Source: Octopus vulgaris
Lineage: Eukaryota
Direction of reading: 5' to 3'
Length of the DNA: 64,000 bases
Assembly: GCA_951406725.2 (NCBI GenBank)
Contig: OX597817.1
Coordinates: forward strand, 169,260,001 to 169,324,000
Shown: piece by piece, positions 63,826-64,000 of the stretch
Numbering within the stretch: the first letter of the stretch is position 1
Layout of the letters: every line of letters starts with the position of its first letter
Notes under the pieces: model-generated
Database searches by the model: none
Told to the model about the DNA's origin: nothing
Seen by the model: the letters and a program-made list of their open reading frames with translations, nothing else
Translations under genes and position numbers: made by a program

Positions 63826-64000
63826 TTGACTATGATTCTATGAACCGTAAAAATTAATACAGAGAGTTGCTTATTTGCAAAAAAAAAAAGAAATATAACA
63901 TGTGACTTCATTGACCGAGGTTACCGTGGTCTTTTCCGTAGGCTTTTCTTTCCACGGGTAAACCGCACCTGTCTTCCCCTTTACACTTCATATTGACATT

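Noticed and set aside
62498-63843. Long ORFs (up to 335 aa) of YVCM/HTYI repeats, also at 9.9-10.7 kb and 19.5-21.1 kb
   Set aside because: Translations of (TATG)n microsatellites, which lack stop codons by composition.

Overview
AT-rich, repeat-saturated eukaryotic (animal) intronic or intergenic DNA. The tRNA-headed SINE families and huge (TATG)n tracts resemble an octopus (coleoid cephalopod) genome; this is inference from repeat content only. There is no complete host gene, only one plausible coding exon (62502-62690). Nearly all long ORFs in the track are microsatellite or SINE artefacts. The window holds four tRNA-headed SINE families plus a headless (GAT)n-tailed element; CR1, RTE, Tx1/L1, R4-like and Penelope-like retroelement remnants; a full-length decayed mariner; a solo LTR; hAT, piggyBac, Merlin-like and Helentron-like MITEs; and a 4.6-kb 25-bp satellite. 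Two signals stand out. (1) A Penelope-like cluster at 34.5-36.3 kb has an open GIY-YIG frame, two foldable hammerhead ribozymes and inverted segments, with variant hammerhead-like motifs elsewhere. (2) A SINE family forms 185-bp head-to-tail multimers with the same junction at several independent loci. All coordinates were read by eye; ends of degenerate elements are approximate.
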